From NCBI GenBank assembly GCA_964247055.1, contig OZ176050.1, positions 3,720,001-3,784,000 on the forward strand: a stretch of DNA of 64,000 nucleotides. The letters are read 5' to 3'. The notes under the pieces were generated by a model, which did no database searches, was not told the DNA's origin, and saw nothing but the letters and a program-made list of their open reading frames with translations. The DNA comes from Paragordius varius (lineage: Eukaryota; Animalia; Nematomorpha). How positions within the stretch are numbered: the first letter of the stretch is position 1; each line of letters starts with the position of its first letter. Below, piece by piece: positions 36,639-50,400 of the stretch. The position numbers and the translations under genes were made by a program.

Positions 36639-39600
36639 ACTTTGTAAGAACACAAGATTGTTCGGACCATGTTATAGAAGCGAATCGAGATGAGTATGGA
36701 TTTTGCCGTTGCAAGCCACTCTATTATGGGATAACTTGTGATAAAAGTAATTTTCATGCTTTTAGGAGATATTAAAAAAAATAAAAACCAAAGATTTTAC
36801 CCAAATTATCCCATTTGTTATGATTCATAATGGGTTTTTTTGGTGAAAATTTAACTATGTGCATAAATTGTGGGATGTTTTTTCTTATAATCATTGTGTT
36901 ACAATTATTTCTGCTAAATACAGTTTAATTTTTTTATTTTTTTTGAAAAAAATGCGCTTAAAACGCCATTGAATTCATGTTTGTATTAGGCACCGTATCA
37001 TCCGTATTTTTTGGTACATTTAGAGTTTGTTCAGATAAAATAAATTTGAAAAGAGGATGAACATTGTAACTTTTCACTTCATCAGCGAATGACTAAAAAA
37101 ATAAATGCTTGTCAAAAAAATTTTTTTTTCTGGCAAAAGATAAGAGAAATTATATCCGGATTGGTTTGATTCAAGTTATTTTACCTCGGATCCATATATT
37201 TTATGCAAATTTCATAGGCTAAAACCCATATATTCTTTATTGAGCACCTCCCTCTTTTATAAATTACAATATGGAAATATTTAGCCCCCAACTGTACTAT
37301 GACTAATCTTGTTTAATATGAAAAACCGTTTATCTTTTTAAGAATCATTTCATTTTAAATAATTTTTTTCATGTACATAGAAGCCGATTGTTCAATCATT
37401 GGTAGTGTTGGCACCATAAATGATTTTGGATTTTGCAAATGCCATTATGGATTCGGGGGAAAGGGCTGTTATAAAAGTAGGATTTAATATACATATTGCA
37501 GGCATTTAAACTGGTTAATAATATTTTTTTAACAATCTATAGCTATATCAGTTATATTAGTGTTCTAGCAAGTTAAAACATCTCAGAAGCCATTAATTTA
37601 ACATCAATGAATGAATAATTCTTATTTTTGATGCGTTTTTTATTAAAAATATACAATATGAGATAATATATATTTAATTATAAAATATTTATTAGATTTT
37701 ATGGGATAACAAGGTATCTTATTATTTTATACAGAATGTAGCTGTTTAAATTGCAGCAGTTTATCCAACGATTGTGATGTATTTGGGCGATGTATGTGCA
37801 CCAAAAATTATTTTGGAGAAATATGTCAATACCGTAAGTATTAATTGGAATTATTTAAATTCATCAATGATTGAATTTACAGTAAAAATTGAAATTATAC
37901 GGACCAAACGTATAAATATAAATAACAAATATGATTTTTCAAAAGACAACTATACTTTTTTAAAACTTCAATTTTTCCCATATAAATTATATATTTACAA
38001 TTGTAAAATATATATTTGATTGTATTGTGTACATTTCTATCTTATAATTTGCATTTGTTAACATCGGATAAATATTTTAAAATATAAGATTAAAAAAGTA
38101 TGGATGTCCTTAAAACGATTGTCTTTTGTCCGTATAATTTCATTTTTTGGTATATTCAAAACATAAATTTTCGATTACTACGAGCAATCTTTATCGTATT
38201 CTAAACTTGGTCTATTATATCAGATTTTTTTTAAATTTTATCAATTAATATGGATAAAACTATTTTACTAAATTTTTAATTAATTTTGGACATTGGTCTA
38301 TTAACGTATAATACATTACTCATAAAATAATATTATTATTTTTTAATATAACTCCTGATTTTTCTACCAAAACTAAAGTAATTTTACAAGGATAAATCAA
38401 TATGATTGTCAATTACAGTTACATTTACAATGTATATAGTAACACAAATTATATTTTATTTTTAATTTTTGATGTAATTTTAAAAAATTAATAATTCTTA
38501 TTTGTTTAATCGTCAGCTCATGTATGTAATTCCTCCTTTGGAAACGATTTTAATGGAGTTTGTCAGTGTGGATCAGGTTTAACTGGACCTAAATGTTTAA
38601 GTAATCTTAATATCTTTTTTATATTTAGATTCTAATTAATTTTTATAATAAACAATTAAAATCCTATGTTATTATCGTTAAATCAAATGTACAATACATA
38701 CAATTGAATAAGCAACAAATATTTTTCATTCATCAATATTAAAAGTCTCAATTTTCAAATTTTGTCATATTTATTATATGCAGTGATATTAAGGGAGGGT
38801 TCTTTGCTAGGCACAATTTTACAGTAACGAGCACCCATACCTGTATTTTTTATGGCGGAAAGGAAAATTGATTATGTTAGTAGCTATATATAAGATTTTC
38901 GTTTTTATCAATTACATTTTTGAAAGTTGTGGACAAAAAAATATTTATCAAATATGTAACTAAACGAAAAATCTCTCACATGGTATCACTGTGTGCAAAA
39001 AAGGTCAATTTTAACAAAAAAAATTTTTTCACATAGCTTATAACCAGCGAATTCCTTTACCGCAAAAAATTTTATTTGTTGAGGACCTAATTTTTGGAAT
39101 ATTACAAGAAAATTGAAATTAAAAAAGAAAATTAAGAATAGAAAAATAATGATAAACCTTGAGATAAAATTTATTATCATCAGATATTTACGAAATAGCC
39201 TCAGGGTGTTTAAAACTAGATCAAAAAATCGTTTTTTCCTAACTTAGATCAAAAGATCATGTTTTCCCTAATACACAATCAAAATGTTGTGAAACTAGTA
39301 AAATATTTTTTTAATTATTTACTAGCTAAACAAACTATTAAAATCTTATCATTTACATTTTATACCATAAAAATTATATATCAAACTAAAATTAATAAAA
39401 TAATGACTTTTTTTATTTTTTTTGCCATCTGGTTTATGAGTGAATAATATATTAATTGTTTTATTTTCTGGATACCTGATTATCATATAAATTAATCCAA
39501 AACAGTAATTAAAAGTAATAAAATATTTACAAAAAATCCGTATAGATCCTAGTAAAAATATAAATTTGTGTATATACAAACCAGTCACAAGTTATACGGA

Positions 39601-40539
39601 TTGTTGGTTGATATTCCATTTATAAAATTTTTTGTATTATTTTATATACTTTAAAATTCCAATCATGTAAGATATCCAAATAAAACAGTAAGTTTTTTAT
39701 TCGTTCATATACCAGATAAAAAAAATTAAAACAATATTTAATTATGGGATATAAGTTTTTTATGTATATAATTAAAATGTCTAGCTAGTTTAGCTAGTAA
39801 ATTAAAAATTTCCATATAGTTTTAGCATTTTAATATATTAAGTTTAAAGGGAAAACCCGATTTTTTTAATCCAGTAAATAAAAACCCTAACTTAATGATT
39901 TTAAGCTATTAATTATAATTTGATATGGTATAAATTTTTTATCATGTTTTATCAATATTTTTTAATTATCCTTAATTATTACTTTCATAATTTCGATTTT
40001 CGCTCAATATTTAAAAACTAGGTCGACAACAAATAAAACTTTTACGGCAAATGAATTCGCTGGTTAAAGGCCATCTCAAAAAAAATTTGACACTCTAAAT
40101 ACCCTTTCAGCCATTTAGGATACAGAGATGGCCTATAATAGTGTTGCACTCGATGCTGTATTTCATTATTTAATTTTATAATGATTAAATAGTTAATATT
40201 TATTTGCACCAGAGTGCCCGACATGCCAAAATTGCGTGGGTAAATGTGATTACAGAGGCTACTATAAATGTAAAAATGGCTATTATGGGACCCATTGTGA
40301 TAAAAGTATAATATGTTTATAATGATATAATATCTATGAAAATTTTTTTCATTTAATAAGAAGCCTCAAAATTGATTTAATATATACATTTTGGGTCATA
40401 AAATTTTTATCGCTTTTTTACATAAATGAACGCTTTCTTATTCACTCATTGTCAGGAATATATTAGTAAAGTATGGTGTTGTTTGTTCGTGTTAAAACCT
40501 AGATGTAATGGTTTATTAAAATAATTGAATTTTTTATTA

Positions 40540-40573
<34 letters not shown>

Positions 40574-41819
40574 ATGATATATATAATAATATATATATAT
40601 CGATCTCCGTATTATTTAAGTTTATAATTTTTGAACTATCATCAAATTTGTACAAGAATGTAATATGTATAGCTGTATGTTTAACTTAACAAAACAAAGA
40701 TTCTTGGTTCAAATAATATTCACATTTTGCTTAAATGAAAAAATTTCTCTTTATTTATGAGAAATAAAATGTTTTGTATTTTTTGTTCACATTTGCCAGA
40801 GTTGTATCAATTTAGGAGTTTAGTTTTTTGAGCTATTATGAATTATATACCAAAGTTTTTTATTTTTATTAAAACTAAGCTGTTCATATACAAAAACCGA
40901 CTCTTAAAGTTAAAAAAAATAATGTTTTCTTAGAAAGTATATATATCAAAAAAAAGATACACATTCGCCCAGGACGCTTTAACCAAATTTTTTATTGTAT
41001 TTATAACTACAATATCATGTTATTAAGTCAGGTGACAAATATTATTTGTGAGTATGGAATATAATAAATGACAATTTTCATGATAGGATGTGATTATTGT
41101 CTTTCAAACAACCCCAATGCCATGGGGAAATGCGATCTTAATGGTCATTGCTATTGCAAGGAAAATTTTTACAACAAAACATGTGATGCAGGTTGATTAT
41201 TTCACTAAAACCATATTTGCCTATAAGTAATATTTTATGCATATAACGATATTGTTAATCCGTAGCTTCTAGAAGAATATTAATTTAATATACAGTATAA
41301 TAACAAATATGTTTTTAATAAAGACAACCATATTTTTTATTCTTAATTTTGGTAAAAATAACTCATCTTTAGGTTGAAAAATGGTTAAAAATGTATATTG
41401 TTAGAACACTCAATGATATATTAAATTAAAATCACAAAATTTATGTAGAAAACATATGGTTATCTTGTAATTTTTTTGTCTATTGATTGTCAGATTTTGC
41501 CTGTATTCTTTTTTACGCTATTAATTTTGTTGAATTTTAGATATTTTCTAGAAACCTTTTTCCTGACTAAACTAAAACCTCAATACATTTATTTTATTAA
41601 TATACAAGGTTATCTAATCTTGGGTTTGATATCAGAAACGACTCCAAGTAAATTGTATTATGACCCGTTTGATTCAACCATCCCTCCCGTTAAACTTCCA
41701 TTGATGGCACCATGGTAATGAATTTATATAAAATACAAAATACACTTAAAACTAATTTGATTATAAATTAATTTTTATTTATATTTTTATGCCCAATAAT
41801 AGGAGATAATATGATTGCT

Positions 41820-41894
<75 letters not shown>

Positions 41895-44800
41895 TTTATT
41901 TTAATGTTTATAAAACGTTATTTTTTATATGCTTAATAATATCAAATTAAATTTATTTCTCGGAAATTTTACATTAAAAGAATAGAAATTTAACTTTATA
42001 AATCGTTGCTAAAGCCATCTAATTATTAAAATTAAATCTTAGAAGAAAGGTCAATTTGGCAATATGAAAAATTCAGTGTAATTTTTATCCAAATAGTTAT
42101 TCCAAAATTCAATAAATTATTTGACTGCGTATGAAAGGGACTTAACCTCAAAAAGATGGCGCTTAGAGTAATGGATTTAAATACTAATAAGATTAAATTA
42201 AGATAGATAATATTATGATCAACAGGATAATTGAGAGAATATGCATTTACTTGCTTTGCCAAATATTTTTGAAAATAAAGACGAAGAAATGAAAAAGCGC
42301 GTGCTGAAATCTATCTTCATTCTCAAGAATAGTGGAATTTTCACGCATTAATAAATTTAATCATCACAGTCGTCATGTTTGATTCCTCCAACATCCAATT
42401 CGAAATTTAAAGAGGCTGTGCGTTAAAACAGTCATGGAAAAGAGTATCGATTGTTAGTTGTTTGATGTAGATAACAAAATTTTTTTGTGGGAAATATACC
42501 CAAATAAAATATTTTGGTCATATAATAAATGGAAACGGGACGAAATCAATGTAATATTGGCCACCATGAATGGAAAAATGGTCAAAACATTCATGATTAA
42601 TGATTGAAGTTATTAACACGTTCTTCAACCGTAAGTTGAAAAACGGATGAATAGCAGTCTATGGCCGTGTGAATATGCAAAATGATCTTAAATGGCTTAT
42701 AAAGGGAATCCCTTGTAATATATTTTCAATGTATCCCCCTTATGAAAATGTCCTGTAAAATTATTAACAGCGCCCAGCTATTTAGTTCACGCTGATTACC
42801 GTGCACTCATTTGATTTAAACCCTGATTTTAAAATTATACATCTGGTTGTGGATATTATGTTAGTATAATATTAAATTTTAATTAATAAATTTATTTTCT
42901 TAAAAGAGTCAGGATGCGAATAATGGCCCATGTTTTTTTAAACATTCGAGGTTATCATGAGTCTATTGATTAGCTCAATATTCGACAATATATATAATAC
43001 ATGCCTGATGATTTTTAGGTTAGCTGCAATACAAACATATGACGACTATAAATGCAATGGCGTCCTTTTAGGACGAGGTTGGGGACTCAGTTTAAAGGAA
43101 TGCATTCCTAGTGGTTGGAGAAGTTCTCATTTTCTAACGGGCGCTTATTCCTACAACCGTCGGACAATAGGGTCTTCTGAACATTACATCAAAAATTATT
43201 ATCCACGTATGATCATTTGATTTAAAATAAATTAACAGTTTTAAAATTAGAGGCCCGCAAGAGGACCGTTACCAGTTTTAAAGCGATTCTTCTTGAAATT
43301 TAACATCCTGAATAACTTTTCGCTTATTTTGAAAGGTGAATAAAACGTTATAGAGTTAAGAAATCGAAAATAAAGTGTTATAAAAGTTATTAAAACGCAA
43401 TTAACTAGGAATATGATTGATGGAAAATTACAAGTAATTTCTTATTTTGAATTATAAATTAATGTATTATTAGTTAATAATATAATGAACGAGAACAAAA
43501 CTAACCGGTCATATTATAATATAGACCCTAGTGCACCTCTTGTTATGTTTGAACTAAACAAAAAAGTATTTACCTCTCTAAGATATCCACCCCGCTTACC
43601 TCAATCCAACGATAATCTTACTGAAAGTATAGCAATGATGGCGAATTGGATCAAAATAGGTATTTCATTTTTAACATAGACTTGTTTGCAAAAGAGGGCT
43701 TTCTATTTTTAATGTGACCATGAATAGGTATTAGTACCACATCTTTTTATCCGCAATTACATATTGGGGTTGTTTTAAATCCCATAGCTCAAACTTGTAA
43801 ATTAACTGTTTGTAAATTTAGTTAAATTTTAATTATCAAACATTGTTCTCATGTATTAAATAAAAATGCTTAAATTAACAGTTTTGTAATATTAGAAATT
43901 GGCACAGCACTTGCAAAACACGATAAATCAATAAAAATATTAAATTTTGGCCATGGTGCCTAGTTTTTAAACATCTTCAAACCATAATATACATTCAGCA
44001 TTTGTGTGTTGCATTAGCAATTAAAAGATCTAAGGATAAAAATGGCGGCGAAAATATCGATTTTTTACAGGTTAACAAAAAAATTTCTTTGTATAATGCG
44101 TCTAAAAGCTAAAGAATTAACATTTTTAAATTTGACTTAATACTTTAAATACTTTTTATGATCAAATGGCTCTGGGATATAAAACTACCCAAATGGAGTG
44201 TTAAATAAAATTATCATCTTAGGATTACCTTAACAGATAAGTTTAATTGGAAGAAGATTTTTAGTGTCCTACTAAATATCCCATAATTATTTTGCTACAT
44301 ACATGTGTTTTTAGAAAACCATAATGCATCTATAAGCCAAACATTCGCTATGAACATAACATCAGTCAATCAATGCAAACGTCATAATAAAAACCATTCT
44401 GAATACATTTGTGCCGTGGCACCAATCAATTACACGCGCACTTTACTAGATTCGGTTGGTTCACCCTTGACTGAAATAAAAAACGGTTTAGGGATTTTAC
44501 TTGAAAAATTATTGTTTACCTAGTTTGGTATCCATCTTTGTACAAACTTAGAGTAACAATAAGTCTAATATCTCCTGATTTATCGATTTAAATAGTTTTG
44601 ATAGAATATTTATACTCTAAGAATAATTTTGTTTAAATTTTAAATATATCCATTTAAAATTTCATTTTTTGATTTTAACTTATTAATATTGCAAACTTTT
44701 TTAAAACCATAAGAAGTGTATATAAAAAATTCTTTCAATTAATTTTTCAAAGCGTTAAAAAATAATTTTTTGCATCCAGGAATCCACACTTTAGTAGGAT

Positions 44801-44937
44801 TGTACGTTAAAAAAGAACCTGAATGTCATGGAATGTGCTACTGCTATTTTTATAATATTAAACCATATGTCAATTGGATATGTGATATTATGGGTCATAA
44901 TCTATCGATTGAAAACATTAACTATCATGATACATAA
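36639..44937 (+). CDS. EGF/laminin-EGF repeat protein with non-catalytic trypsin-like domain (serine protease homolog); first exon not defined
   Basis: Six phase 1-1 Cys-rich exons: 36639-36746, 37381-37476, 37735-37833, 38517-38600, 40213-40305, 41087-41191. Then 41636-41714, 43019-43206, 43525-43659, 44315-44485, 44780-44937, encoding PWLAAI...CNGVLL...W.LSLKEC, PLVMFEL, RLP, ANW, ICA, DSVGSPL, LVGL, PYVNWI. Possible exon 1 at 35741-35783. Confidence 0.85.
38990..40100. mobile_element. ~1.1-kb foldback palindrome, family 2, intronic
   Basis: Arms pair across a centre near 39570 (accagcgaattcctttaccgcaaa / tttacggcaaatgaattcgctgg; tttactagctaaac / gtttagctagtaaa; aatccgtata / tatacggatt). 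Confidence 0.75.
41824..41886. repeat. (TA)n microsatellite, ~63 bp
   Basis: Longest pure TA run in the window; intronic. Confidence 0.95.
42050..42700 (+). mobile_element. Highly degraded LINE RT/C-terminal remnant in an intron
   Basis: Fragments KGLNLKK, EEMKKRV and KYFGHII in LINE-like order, broken by stops. Confidence 0.4.
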
Positions 44938-45297
44938 AATTTATTTGTGCCAAACTATCATATATAATAAATATATGCATATATTTATATTTGGTTAAAA
45001 CTTTTTTAAATAAATTATGTGGTATTAACAAAAATATAGAGCTCGTTTTAAATTGATTTTTAAAAGTAAATGCTGCTGTATCAAGTACAATTTTAACGAC
45101 AAAACACAAAAAGTAAAATTTTTTTAAAAACCCATTGGAGAAATAAATTTTTATCTCTATCCCGTATCAAGCAATAGGTTACATTACTCAATAAAAAATA
45201 TGAATTTTTTATAAAAATATTGTCATTACTTTTTATATTTTGTACCTTTAAATAATTAATACTCTACTATAACAAATAAGTGTAGTAAATAATTATG

Positions 45298-46961
45298 CTA
45301 TAAAAAGTATTGAAAAGCTTTTTGTTTGGGTATATCCCTGTCTTTGTCAGGTACTGCTTCAAATATAAGCGGAGTTTGACTCCCATCTTCGGCAAATTTT
45401 ATGACTGCGGCCTTATTACCACATCGATAACAATAATTTGGGGCTGACCAAATGGTTACAAGTGTATTATCAAATATATACTTGTATCCTGTATGTATAA
45501 AAATATTCGATAAATAAACTCTTCAAAAAGTTATTTTTTGAAATATGTTAACCAGGAAAAATTCAGTACTAAAAACTATTAAAGGTTTAAAATAAGGTGG
45601 AATCGTAATATGTGTTTTTAGTGTTTATTACCTTCATTAACCAATTGGTGAGCTCGGCAAATGAGTGAGAGGTTATTGGTTCGGACAAACTAAGTAAAAA
45701 AATCATTTCTTTAAAAAATAAAAACAATAAAATATAAATGTTGTATATGTATCCATATAATATATATAAAATATAAAAAAATATTATTTGTCTTTATATA
45801 TACATTTACGGATCCCTATCGACAATTATATATCATTTGTTTGGGCCAATCAAGCAACAAAAAAATGTTAAATTTAAAAATTAAATCTGTTTACCATATA
45901 CGCATACTAGTAGAGCAAATTTAAAAAAATGAGATGCCTTAAGATACGCGAAAAAGACAGAAAATGCAATATACTTCAAGCGTAACATTTTTTCCAAATA
46001 ACCAGCCAGCTCCTCGAGAACTTACAGCCCAATTTTGAGAATTAGCAGAAGAACTCATAAGCTTTCCCCCGAAATTGTTATCCTCAAGGAATGGAAGTTC
46101 ATTGTCATCATCGTCTGCCCCTTCCCCAAATCCACAAGGATCATTTGGATCCGACCAAACTAAATCACAGAAAGGACCTTTTTGAGGGATTTCTTGAACG
46201 CGTTTTATGGTCCGGATTTGATCAATAGTCGCTATGGATGGGGATAAACCACCATGAATGCATAATATACGATTGTCGATAACCTGTGGTGATGTATTAA
46301 TACATAAGAAAAATATTTTTTTACAATAACATACAAATTGATATAAAATGCACTGTAAAAATAAGACAAATATATAAATATAAAGACATAAATAATTTTT
46401 ATAATTATTTGTGTTTAAATAATCAAAAAATACAGCAGCAATCGGTAAGTAATCAAAGAGATTCGTGATAAACTTCCAAGCGTTACCATTCCCATACTTA
46501 GTTAAGCATTCATCTATAAGTGGCATAAAATTAAAAAAAACCATAAAAGCCATATATTCTAGTGGTTTGTCTACTTTCATGATTACCACGGAGTAAAACT
46601 ATTTTATTTGGCCATTTTGCTTTAAGGACTAAAAGTTTCGTAACTGTTTCTAAGCTGTAATAACCTCTATCAACAAAGTCACCCTAATAATATTGATAAG
46701 CGCTTACAAGAAAAATATATTTTTCATCGGGAATTTGTCCAGACTTTTTAAACAATTCTTCCAAGTCGTAATACTGACCATGAATATCACCACAAACGGT
46801 GACCGGTGTTTGAACATTTTGTACATTTGGTTCTTCTATCAAAATATCACATACTATTCTGCATAATTGCTTAAGATAATCATAATAATTACCCTTAAAT
46901 TATTTTCAGATAAATATTTGCACAATTTTGTTTCTTCAACAAAAAAATCCAAGTCAAACAT
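45298..46961 (-). CDS. PPP6C: Serine/threonine protein phosphatase 6 catalytic subunit (336 aa)
   Basis: Exons 46961-46893, 46869-46708, 46683-46542, 46513-46434, 46283-45975, 45689-45632, 45488-45298. GDIHG, GDFVDRG, RGNHE, HGG, RAHQ, SAPNYC, C-terminal YFL. PP6-type KYGNGNAW and GAGWLFG. Confidence 0.93.
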
Positions 46962-47299
46962 TTTTTTGGTTTACAAAAGGTGAATCTGTTGTTTCAATTT
47001 TAGGAAATTATTTAAAATACAGAGGGTATAAAATAGATTTTTTAAACTTTGTTAAAATGATCATTTTTAGTGCTTTTTCGTTTAAGCTTATCGAATGATT
47101 TCGGAATTTAGCACTTTTGTGACAATTGCACATCGAAAAATCGCAAAATTTGCGCGCATTAAACCGAATAAATTTTTTGATAAAATAAATGTTTCTTTCA
47201 AAAATGTTAGGATATATTATTTACTATAATTACAAAGCTAATAGTTATAAAAATTTAATATTTAAATGTGTGCACCGAAGGTGTCAAATTTCAACAGTC

Positions 47300-48140
47300 C
47301 ATTACCTTATGGGATAATTTTATATGCCAGAGGGATTTGAATATCTTAATAGAAAATATGCTTTCTTTAGCCTATTAGGCACATTTTACAAAAAAAGTTT
47401 TTTAAAAAAATGTAAAAAGTATCCTCATCCAAAACTTTTTGGATGCCTTTTTTTCAGAAAGTTTTTTTAAATCCCTAATGCAACAGGCATATAACTGTAT
47501 ATTATGGCAAAAAAATTAAATAATTATCATTAAAAAACTTTCAGGATTTTTATAGAAAAAACTTGATATATTTTGTTAATATCAGCTGTTCGTTTCGATT
47601 GTGTTTAGGAGCTGTCCCAATTTTAGTCCTTAGAAGTAAAACTGTAAAAAATAATAGCTTTTTATCCAATACATGGGAACAATGTTTGGTAATTAAATTT
47701 TAAGTCAATTTTTTAAAAAAAATTATTTACATAAAGCTCTAGAATATAAAACAATGCTAAAAGGTAATAAAGTGTTAATCCTTTAATATGAGCTAGTTAT
47801 ACACTTAAACTTTCGAGGTAGTTTTATATACCAGAGCGATTCAAAATTTAAATATAAAAAATGAAGGTATTAGGCTGTATTCTAATTTAGAGTGTCTTTG
47901 GTAGGCGTAAAAATTAAAAAAATTTAAAATAAATTTTAAAACTCTATCTCAACCTTGTTGACCGGAATTTTCTTCCATAACTTTTTTGAAACGCTAAAAC
48001 AACAAACAAATAAATGTATATTATGGCTAGAAAATGTAAATACTACTCTTTATTAAGGTTTCAGGTTGCATTTTACTAGCAAAAATATATTAATTTATAT
48101 TAAAATCAGCTGAGTTCAATTTTGTTTTTGAGCTGTCCCA
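47300..48140 (+). repeat. Two adjacent family C copies
   Basis: Both end in ...atcagctg...gagctgtccca (47580-47620, 48105-48140), matching 50350-50400 and inverted 3450-3500. Confidence 0.6.
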
Positions 48141-48339
48141 TATATAATTAACAAAAAATCGTTTATTTTTATGATTAGCTGGAAATATAAAACCCATATA
48201 TCACCGCAAACTTAAAAATACCTGGATTGCGCTATAAAAATTATATGCTATATTTTGACATTTATAAAAGTTTTTTTCAAAACATGGATATTTTGCTTAT
48301 AAATTTAATTAAGCAAAATTTTGGCGAAGCGAGTTTTAT

Positions 48340-48610
48340 GTTATTTTAAAGCATGGTGGTAACGGTATAAAATGTTTTAAGTTATTATTTAAACTCTATT
48401 TTTGATAATGCTAAGTATTTCACATTTGCTTTCATTTTAAATGCGATTTTGCAAAAAAAACAATTTTTTAACATAAATCTAAATTTGAACCAATATTGGA
48501 AATTCTGGAGTGATAGAAACGTTTAGCATCATTGAAATGGAAAAAGTGTAATTTATAATATAAAGCGTTTATATACCGTTTTCAGCATCCTTTAAAATAG
48601 AATAAAGCTA
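48340..48610. repeat. Central part of foldback family 1
   Basis: gcatggtggtaacggtataaaa ... tataccgttttcagcatcc, with interior matching 12260-12540. Confidence 0.6.
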
Positions 48611-49064
48611 TTGGGATTTTAATTTTACACAATTTTATAAAATAAATTTTATATTGTTTCATAGGCAAACAAGCCCTCTTTTATGTTAACCAATAGTTGA
48701 GGCACCGTATGTAACATAAACCTCCGGTAAAATCGTGCGAAATATTGACAATCAGTTTTTAAATATCTTTATTTATGAATAATATATTAATTCATTAAAT
48801 GGTGACCACTAACCCACACTGACGGTTATAGGGCAAAGTTCGTATAATAACAAAAAGGAAAAAAAAACAAAAATTCAGAATGTTTTATAAAAATTTTAAA
48901 TTTGGATGAAAAAAAAAATAATTAAATCCTCATGATCTCTTACGGTAAGCAGTTTAAAATTATGATGTATATGTTTTTATATTACCAAAAGCCAAAAATA
49001 TAATACATCCGGTCAAAATATCGGGAAATAAAAGAATTCAATTTTGTTATAAGGATATAAATTT

Positions 49065-49190
49065 TATCATTTTTGAGTCAAAAGCAACATTTTATTATCC
49101 AACGCAAATTTTTTCAAGTAAACGTAATTTTTGATCCAAACGCAAAACTTTGCGTTTGCTTAAATGTTGCTTTTGACTGAAAAATGGTAT
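49065..49190. repeat. Small inverted-repeat element (MITE-like)
   Basis: catttttgagtcaaaagcaacattt is inverted against aaatgttgcttttgactgaaaaatg. Confidence 0.65.
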
Positions 49191-50059
49191 ACATAAATAT
49201 AATACAGTGATTTACCCAATAAAATTGGTACGATCATATGTACATGTTTGCGCTATCAATCTAAGATTAAACCAAAAATTTATGGGAAAAATTACGCTCG
49301 TTGCCGATTAACCACTTTATTTCCTTTGGTGGATGATTTTCTATCGCGGGGATTTCGTTTAAAATTAAAAATATTATTGTGCCGACGAAATTCTAGCTGC
49401 TATTTGACGCATTAATAAAAATACATTTTATAATGTAAATTTATTAAATGCCATTTTAAACTTCTAATGGTATTTATTGAATTTTTAATCACTATATAGT
49501 ATTATTTATAATTTGACAGCAAGTTTTCCTTAATTATATATTTTAAAAAGGAATTGTTTGTTTTAATAAGGATATAACAAAATATTAGGTCTGTGATTTT
49601 GGTTTAATAATGAGAAATTAATTTAAATTTAATAATTTTTTAATTAGTAGACTGTTACAACAAAAACCTCAAAGTATTCTTACAAATAATTTGTGAAAAG
49701 AAGTTTAAAAAAATTCGGTAATCGTAGTCAACCTTGTCCTTATTGCATTAATGGTATAGATCTAGAAAGATTATAACAACATTTAAATTAATTAAATTTT
49801 AAATCAAGCGGAATATATTAAAAAATTAAACCAAGTTTTATTTAAAAATTTTTAAAAAGCATTACAGCGGTCAGGGGAGCAGAAACGCATATTTAAAAAC
49901 CAATGCCAAATAAAACAGCTCATATGGTCACTTTACTCTATAAAATTTTCATTATAAAAAGGATTTTTGAAAAATGGCATATCTAAAAAGGGAGATTTGC
50001 AGTTTATGCTGAATGATAAAAACAATTTAGATCAATTGGCTTCTTTATTACTTCCTGTG

Positions 50060-50400
50060 AGGGCGATTTGAAATTTGAATATCTCAAAAAGTATTTAAGG
50101 TATTAGGTCGAATTTAAAAATATTTGATTTCTTTACGTTTAAAAGCACATGCTTCAAATTTTTTTTCGAAAATTAAACTTGAAAAATATCTTCATCTCAT
50201 TTTTCGCCGCCATCTTTTTCTTTATTTTTTTAATTCGCTAATAAAATAGGCAAATAAATGTATATTATGGTTAGAAAATGCAAATTAATAACTTTAGTAA
50301 GATTTTAAATTACATTTACCAGCAATTAAATAACTCTTTATTTCAATTGTGATTTAAAGCTGTCCCAATTTTTGACTCTAGAAGTTATAAAACTGCAAAA
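50060..50400 (+). repeat. Family C copy
   Basis: Reverse complement of 3420-3730. Confidence 0.6.

Noticed and set aside
45298-46961. PP2A or PP4 assignment
   Set aside because: [15 protein letters not shown] and the FEAVPD..R.IP tail fit PP6 better.
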